NCBI GenBank assembly: GCA_951406725.2
Contig: OX597815.1
Span: 15,686,001-15,750,000, forward strand
Length of the DNA stretch: 64,000 nucleotides
DNA from: Octopus vulgaris
Lineage: Eukaryota
Direction: 5' to 3'
Shown: in pieces, positions 1-64,000 of the stretch
How the letters are laid out: every line of letters starts with the position of its first letter
Numbering within the stretch: position 1 is the stretch's first letter
Translations under genes and position numbers: made by a program
The notes under the pieces: model-generated
What the model was told of the DNA's origin: nothing
The model's input: the letters and a program-made list of their open reading frames with translations, nothing else
Databases searched by the model: none

Positions 1-21
1 CAGGGAAACATCACTGTTGGT

Positions 22-253
22 AAGGTGGCGAGATGGTAGAAACGTTAGCACGCCGGGCGAGATGCTTAGGGGTTTTTCACCTGTCTTTACGTTCTGAGTT
101 CAAATTCCGCCGAGGTCAACTTTGCCTGTCATCCTTTCAGGGTCGATAAATTAAGTACCAGTTACGCACTGGGGTCGATGTAATCGACTTAATCCCTTTG
201 TCTGTCCTCGTTTGTCCCCTCTGTATCTAGCCCCTTGTCGGCAATAAAGAAAT
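22..253 (+). mobile_element. tRNA-derived SINE with 19-bp TSD
   Basis: A-box-like head, B box GAGTTCAAATTC, AATAAA-containing tail; GGGAAACATCACTGTTGGT at 3-21 and 254-272; same family at 34596-34993. Confidence 0.85.
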
Positions 254-299
254 GGGAAACATCACTGTTGGTTAGCAAAAGAAGAAGTTTAGTAACTGC

Positions 300-535
300 C
301 TAAAACAATTTCTCAAAGACTGCTGTGAGTTGCTTGTCCCAAGCCAACACAACTGGTGCAGTCTGATTCACACCAGTACCTAAACCTCTAAAAGCAAATG
401 AATGCCTCTGAGAAGCATTCACTTTGCTAAGAAATATCAGTGCCCCGCACACTGCACCTTCCCATACATGTCCTACATGTGAAAGAGAGTTTCTAGTCTG
501 GATAGGCCTCATCAGTCACCTCTCAGATTCATCAG
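300..535 (+). mobile_element. degenerate RTE-type LINE C-terminal fragment
   Basis: encodes TCPTCEREFLVWIGLISHL, resembling the RTE C-terminal zinc-finger motif. Confidence 0.5.
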
Positions 536-647
536 ACTAGAGCTACAAGACAATCAGTCATCAACCATAAAGGAAAAACACTAGTCACCAGTTTTTTCCA
601 TAAAACACTCCAATGGTCAGCAGTCATAGAAAACCTAGTCTTTTACC

Positions 648-1138
648 ATCATCATCGTTTAACATCTGCTTTCCATGCTAGCATGGGTTGGACGGTTCGA
701 CCGGGGTCTGGGAAGCCGGGAAGCTGCACCAGGCTCCAATCTGATCTGGCAGTGTTTCTACAGCTGGATGCGCTTTCCAACACCAACCACTCCAAGAGTG
801 TAGTGGGTGTTTTTTATGTGCCAGACAAGGATGGAAAATGGCCACGATCGGTTGATGCTTTTACATGTCACAGGCACGGGTACCTTAACTACAATTTCCA
901 TTTCATTTTCATTTTGATGTTGGTGTTAACGTACTTGACTCAATAGGTCTCCTCAAGAACAGCGGGTCACTCTACGATCCAAGGTTAGCACAGCAGGCCG
1001 TCCTACGAGCCATGGACTCACTTCATTTGTCGGGTCTTCAAAGTCACAGCATATCTCCAGAGGTCTCGGTCTTTCGTCATAGCCTCTGTGAGGCTCAACG
1101 TACGAAGGTCATGCTTGACCACCTCATCCCATGTCTTT
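648..1138 (-). mobile_element. RTE LINE 3' end (ORF tail + 3'UTR, (GAT)n tail)
   Basis: minus strand KTWDEVVKHDLRTLSLTEAMTKDRDLWRYAV followed by the 3'UTR shared by ~10 copies in the window. Confidence 0.8.
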
Positions 1139-1977
1139 TATATTCAGTATAATTTTTTGATGAAAATATATTTATACCGTCTGACCAAACCCACTTATAA
1201 GCTCCCTAAAAACTGTACTATAACATCCTCACATAAACTATGACAATACTACATCTTCCAATGACCTAGCATCATCACTAATTATGTCAATGAAACATTC
1301 CTCTACTGAAATAATAGCAGCCTCCACAAGGGCAATGTTATGGCAACAATGATAAAAATGCCTAACTTTTAGTCTCATAGCTGTAGGTTCTGACTTCAAA
1401 CCCTGACAAGCGAACTGTCCTGACTTTATCTGAGGGTCATGATAAAATGTTAAGTCACTCCACTTAAATTTCATTGTTGTGAGATATATCATTTTAAAGA
1501 TGGTAGGTTGTTAGGAACAGTTGTAGAACACCTAACTAAATGCATCACAGTATTAAGTTTAATCAACTTCACTGCTCACCTATCTAGTGTTGACAAAAAA
1601 AAAACACACTGAGGTCAATTCATTTATACCTCCCCATCCAACACCACCATTTTACTTGTGCCCAGTGTAAAGAGGATCTAATTATTAGTAGCCTTAGGCA
1701 GACATTCATACTTACCATCACCACTCTGGACATTTTCCAATGATTTTAATGATTTTTAACAGCCAATCAGGGAGCATCTAGTCATTAAACCTACAAGAAA
1801 TACTAACCAAATCTCCCTCATACAGCTGTGAGGTTAAGAAGTTTTCTTCAGAGACATGTGAATATGTGTATCGTCCCACTGCATAAACACTGTTGGATAG
1901 TATTCTATATTGTAGCCATGGGCTAACCAATACCTTGTGAGTGGAATTGGTAGATGGAAACTGAAGCCTGATGCGCA

Positions 1978-2022
1978 TGTGTGTGTGTGTGTGTGTGTCC
2001 TCATGAGAGAGAGAGAAAGAGA
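1978..2022. repeat. (TG)n/(AG)n microsatellite
   Basis: direct inspection. Confidence 0.9.
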
Positions 2023-2526
2023 GTATTTCCCCTTGTCTTCACAAGTGTTTGCTGACCAAAAACACAGCCTTCTTGTTCAGTGTCCTTCATTTGCAGTTCA
2101 CCACAAGAGCATGTCTGGGAAACTCATTGACAGACTAGAGAATTATTACCTTGCATGGTGATGGTTAGCATCAGGAAGACTATCTGGTCATAGAAACTCT
2201 ACCCCAACAGTTCTAACCCATGCAAGTATGAAAACGTGGATGTGAAAACAATACTGTGTGTGTGTACGTGCATACACACATCTCTACCCCACCGAATATC
2301 AAACAAAATTAGTCGTTCTTCCCTGTAATTTAAGCTACCTGTGGAAAATAATTCAGTAATTGTGAGAGCACATATGGAGAAAATGAAATCTGAAATAGTG
2401 ATAAGCTGGTGATGTGCTGTTGTTAAATTAGATTTTAACAAAATTATCTTCAAAGACAGAATCATTTATTACCTGTAGTTAAGTAAAACAAAAAATACAC
2501 AAGACATTTTGAGAAGGTGAAGGCAT

Positions 2527-2532
2527 TTTATT
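2527..2532 (-). terminator. probable polyadenylation signal of alpha-spectrin
   Basis: AATAAA on minus strand ~760 nt after the stop, followed by a GU/U-rich tract (TGTCTTGTGTATTTTTTGTTTT); other AATAAA at 2920-2925 and 2465-2470. Confidence 0.55.
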
Positions 2533-3295
2533 GTAGATAAAAATAGCTAGCAACATGTCCAAGAACCTCTTTCCAAATAACAAAATCCTTCCATATATAT
2601 ATTAACCTAGTAGATACAGTGAATTAGTTTAGACTTTTCTTAGGAACTTGCTCAAGTGTTAAAGAAGAAGAGAAGCAGTGAATTGGTATAAAATATGGCC
2701 CATCTGTCTTACATCTCACTATACATCTCACAACCTAATCAGACAAGCCTATCCCTAGATTTCTTCATGACTATCAGATATCTTTACCAGGCAGTTAGAG
2801 GTGCCAACAGAGAGAATACAGAAAATGTTGAAAGTTTATAAGCTTGAAGAAGCTAAGAAGAAAACTTGCACAGGTCTCACAGCAACTGGACAGAATAAAG
2901 TGGACATTTGGTGAGTGAATTTATTTTCAAATATATTTTATAATAAAATAATTTTGGCTTTCTGCTACATTTAGTTTAGCAATACATTTACTGAGATTGC
3001 CACTGAAGAATACATCTGAGAAAGAAGGTAGACATATAAGAACAGGAAGGAGCAAGCTCTGAATAGATTTTTTAGAAGACATGTCCATTAAATATGACAT
3101 GATAGAAAGTACACAGACCGGCACCACGGAGGATAATAACCATCTAGCAAATGGTTGGTGCCACACTAAGAAGCAACGTATCAAAAGTGCCTGGAAGCTT
3201 TTGAAGAAGAAGAGATAAGGAAAGAAAATGGAGAAGAAAGGCAATAATTATTGTCAAAGCCAGCTACAAGGAGATTAGAAAATAATAAGAAAATG

Positions 3296-59171
<55,876 letters not shown>

Positions 59172-60364
59172 CTGAAGTAGAAAATCAAAACTTATGAAAA
59201 ATTTAAGTTATTTAAAGGGGAAAAAAAAATAACCTTTTACTCATAATTAACACCCTTAACATCAGGACGTTTTTCACAAAGCACACATTACATATCCAAA
59301 CCAACACAACTATCTCTCCTTCAAATGTCAACCAAACCTTCTTTGTCCCCTTTCTCTACTTCGTCTAAACTGGTTTTAGTTTACATTGCACGTATACTGA
59401 AGTCAATTCACTTCTCCACACTAAATATCTACAATTGCTAACATTATGTCTGTGCTACATTTTCTTTATAAAAATAAAATGTTTTTAAAAAGAACCACTA
59501 GCCACCCTACTGTTATTGTTGCTAATGGAAGAATTAATGTTCAGTGGCTATTCATAAAGTTTATTACTTGAAAACAGCTAACATCTGAATTTCTGGTTCT
59601 TTCTCATCTTGCTCAGAAACTCTAATGTATTGGTTTGCACTAGCAACAATATTAAATTCTTGCATACCCACCTGGGTATAGAATTTCACTTTACTGCTGT
59701 TGAACTCTGGTGACTGCTACTATGTAATAGTTGTTATTCTCCCTATTAATCTTTTTACAAAAGTTAACTTCACAAAATTTCTTTCAAGCCATTTCTGGGA
59801 CAATTGCCTTCTTCATGTCCCTTTCAAGACTACCCTACATTTTCTCCATTTATTCATTAACCAGTTTACAGAGTGTACCTGATACATTTTATCATAGCAT
59901 CAGCACCAGAGGTTACTTTGTTTCCAGCACGACCAAAGAGTCTTTTCCACTACTTTGTATCCATTTGTTCAAAGCAACATGATCAAGCAGATAAATATTT
60001 AGAAAAAGTATGGAAAAAAAAATAAGGAAAAGAAAATCAAAGCAAGAGAAAGATGGAACAGTGATAGGTACAAGAGAGTGATAGGAGAGAGAGGAGCAGG
60101 GGAGAACAATTGATGGATGTCAATAATGAATGATAGGAGAGTAATGAGGGAGAATGGTGGTTAGCAATAAGGAGTGAATGAATATGGACAGATATACAAA
60201 GGCAGCGTGATGAGAGAGAGAGGGGGAGAGAGTAATGATAAATAGAGTGACACAGTAATGAGAAAGTAATGAAGGAGAGCAGTAGAGACATAAACCTAAA
60301 CATAATGGTTGAAAGACATCCAAATGTAGAAATTGTACAACCTAACCTCCACAACCAGTTTTTA

Positions 60365-60790
60365 TCTCTCTATTGCTATGCCAGCATGGATTGTATGGGT
60401 GTTTTCATCACACCATTATGCTAGTCCTTTGTCTTTTTGTGAGGTTCTGCCTCTTGAGAGCATCTTCAGCATTTCACCCTATATCTTCTTTGACCTCCAT
60501 CTTCCACAGGTCACATACTTTGAGTACTCAGCACTTCTTTATACAACTGGTATTTTCCATGCATATGCCTGTACCAGCATAGTCTTCTCTCTTGCACACT
60601 TTATTTGATTCCTCTTATATCCAGCTTTCTCAGTTCGTCTGAGTGTCATTGTTTCTATACACTAACACTACATCCAAAAGACTATGATCACTTCATTTCT
60701 TTCTAGCATTTGCAAATCTTCCATGTTCATGACCAAAATCTTATCACTACATACAGAAGCATCATACAAACTGCCCTTCATTCAGGCTTT
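60365..60790 (-). mobile_element. old RTE LINE 3' remnant
   Basis: decayed similarity to 6955-7400; boundaries approximate. Confidence 0.45.
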
Positions 60791-63589
60791 GTGTCACTAA
60801 TTTCAACAATAGATGTTAAATTTGAAACTAGCTACTTCGACAAAAGTTTCTGCTTAAATCACAAGACTACTTCCTCGCACTGAACACCAACACACACACA
60901 TATTTTTATTATTTTTTTATCAAACTAATTTCCTTTGTATCTGGAGAAAAGGAAGCAACAATGAAGAACTTGAAATGCAAATGCAAGTGTCAAACAAATT
61001 CATGCCAGCAGTGTCTACCAATAAACATCAACTTCCAATACCAGTTTGTTATTGTGTAATAAAAGGTAGGAAGAGGGAGAGAATGCAGCTATTCATTGAC
61101 TGTTTACACAGCTAATGTCTATTTGAAGCAGTTAAAAGAAGTATTTATCACATAAAGTGTAGCTTCTGATATCACATTTATATAACCTATTATATTGGTT
61201 GAACAGAATTCAAAACACTCATCACTTCAATAACACATCTTATTTTCATACTGAACATCAGAAACGGCTTTTCCTAGCTAATTGCTAAGGACACAAAATA
61301 TACCGATGTGTGCACATACTAATTAATGTACACAAAGAGAAAAATTTGAAGCAATTTCATATGAAAGTCAACCCCAGCAGAATCTGAACTTAGAATGTAA
61401 AGAGAAGAAATACCACAAGGTATTTTGCCCAATGCTCTAACAAAACTCACTACATGATATCCTTAATAGGCACAAAGCCAGAAATTTGGAGAAGAGAGTG
61501 GCTGATATCAACAACTTAGTATTTGAGTGGTACTTCAATTTACTGACCCCAAAAAAATTGAAAGGTAGAATTTCGGAGTTCAAATATGGCCAAGAGACTT
61601 GAACTCAGATCAAACAACTGATCATTAGGCATTCTGTTTGCTGTTCTAATAATTCAGCCAGTCCAATATCTTCAATAATAACAATAAGCTTTGATCTTCA
61701 CCAAAATGTCAACAAGCTAAGGTTTTCAAAAGCTTACTTTCCCATGTTTCTTTCATTTAATAGCGCTTTTGGTTAAATTGATCACTTGGATTAGTCTTTC
61801 TTGCTAAAGTTTCCTGGATCAACTTTAGATATAATACAAGTTCACAATTTTCAGTGCTCTCCTTACTCCAGACTCATAAGATGACTTGTTAAAAGTTGCT
61901 TCTTTTAAAACTCTTTTTAATGTGACAAAGTACTGTGTACATTCAAGTAGCCACCTTGCTCATTCTTTTGTACAGAATACTTCTCAAAACATACATCATG
62001 GTCTTAATATTCCTCAAGGACATTTTTCATATGATGTAAAGTTAGATATTTCTAGAAATTTCCCCCATAAACTAGCTATAGAATTGCCACTCAGAAAGCA
62101 GGATATCTCGCTGATTATAACATGGCCTCTCAGAAAACAAATCTCCTAGGCAACACACATTCATTTCCATTTCTAGAGATTCTGCATTGTGTACTTTTCA
62201 TTGTCTTCATAAAAAAACCTGACAGCTAGTGTACACAATAGAAATACTATTTATCCCTCTTGGTTGAAGACCTATACTTCACATGACATAATTACATTGC
62301 TATAACTTGAATAAAATATTTCCTTGTTACCAAACTTTCACAGGAGATTGTTTAAATATTTTCATCTTTCATTTCTATTCTCCTAACCATACTATCAACT
62401 ACTCAATATAAATCTTTCAACAATTTCTTCAGAATGTAAAGACATACAAAATAGTACACTGAAGAATGGTTTGTTAAATACCAAAACCATTTCACCAACG
62501 GAAACACTACAGAGACGCTTTCTCCATATTAATAGAAAGATTTATAAAGTTAAAATCTAATTGTAAATTAAAATCTAATGGATATGTATGTACATCTAAT
62601 TATAAGATTTTTTTTAAATATTTTTTTATTTTACAGGTTGCTTAAATATGTTAAATACTGAACAAATATATTTTTATTACTGTGTAAATTATCAGAAAGT
62701 ATTAACATAATTAAAGTTGTCCAATTATTTTTTATGGGTTTGAAGGGAATAAAGAAGTAGATGCTCTGATAGAAACAACAACAAACTTAAAGTCTGTTGC
62801 ATAAAATTAGATTTAACAGTGCTGATTAAAGAGGCTAACAGTCAGTGACTAAAGCTACTTTATTAGACTGGAAACACACATGTCAAAATATCAATTAAGA
62901 AACAGAATTTATGGAAGAGAGGAGATCAATAACAACAAAACATGGAAGAGAATAAACACACAATTTCCAAACAATCAATTAAAACAGGTTGTTGGAAGGA
63001 GTTTTTCTTCAAGTGAAGAAACAATCAATGGGTAGTTCAATTAAATAAAATAACTGTAAAGAAGGAAAGGTGAACAGAAAATAATTTGGACCAAATGGAT
63101 ATAGTCTTGAAAATTTAGAAAAATGTTATAATCTAAGGATCGTTCCTATAAGAGATACTGTATAATACAAAAATATTTTATTTTTATTATATTTTTACCT
63201 TAAAAACAAATTGGTTCGTGAAAACAGATTTACAAACATCCAAATATCTTTTAAATAAATATCAGTAGATATAAAGAGAAAAAGTTTGAAAATTATTTGC
63301 TTTATATATAAATATAGAATTTCAGAGTGTTGTAGGCAATAATCCCTTAATCTATATAAAACCATTCAGTTAAGAATAACATTGTAAACTAAGAGCAAAC
63401 ACCATGGGATGGGAGCCACCAAATTTCATACCTAAAGATAAATTTAAAGATATTTAATGCCCAATATGAATCAAATATCATATATCTTATCCATGATGGT
63501 CACATAGATGACATAAAAACCTAAACTAATTATTAAATGAAAATAATTTTATACAATATCCTATATGTTTACCAGCTTTAGTACAGTAA

Positions 63590-64000
63590 TATCACATCAT
63601 TAAGAATGAAATATCCAATTTTCTTATGCACCAAGTTTGATGGTCGTTAACTCTGTTTTATCCTGACAATTGAAGAGTTACATCACTTTTCAAAATGCAA
63701 TTCATGGTATCTGATTATATTGTGAGTTTTCTCTTGTAAATCAATTTTTGTGAACCCATGGATAGATAAAAAAATTCATGTTGTTTATGAATATAAATCA
63801 ATGATGTGGAACCAATACATCTCAAACAGCTCGAAACATCAGAGAAGTGTTTGAAGATGTGGTGACTGAACACACTGTATGTTGATGGTTTGAGAAATTC
63901 TGGTCTGGTGACTTTACTCTTGAAAATCAGCCTTGTGGTAGACCTGAGACCAAGGTGAATAATGAGCTGGAAACTGTATTGGAAGCGGATACATCTCAAA
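63590..64000 (+). mobile_element. mariner/Tc1 transposon 5' fragment (transposase pseudogene, runs off window)
   Basis: from ~63758: QTARNIREVF...EHTVC*WFEKFWSGDFTLENQPCGRP, the mariner N-terminal HTH pattern, with stops; left boundary approximate. Confidence 0.75.

Noticed and set aside
59172-64000. Further upstream spectrin exons
   Set aside because: No spectrin-like coding sequence found; the intron runs beyond the window.

Overview
AT-rich eukaryotic genomic DNA, most likely a coleoid cephalopod (Octopus-like; inferred from the SINE/LINE repertoire, not verified). The window is dominated by one minus-strand alpha-spectrin gene (SPTAN1/alpha-Spec orthologue). I traced 54 GT-AG coding exons by hand from spectrin repeat ~2 (59171) through the SH3 domain and EF-hands to the stop at 3296. 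The 5' exons lie beyond 64000. Introns carry tRNA-derived SINEs, RTE and CR1-like LINE fragments, Helitrons, piggyBac and hAT MITEs and a mariner fragment. Main points: (1) an 18-nt microexon LWLLDG matching the vertebrate TYLLDG/AYFLDG (SPTA1 exon 46) microexon, plus several other frame-preserving cryptic exon candidates; (2) one expected ~46-codon exon is absent between 10895 and 13097; (3) that intron holds a perfect 178-bp inverted repeat whose arms contain a minimal type I hammerhead-like motif, suggestive of a Penelope-like element. All alternative exons and the ribozyme are sequence-only predictions.
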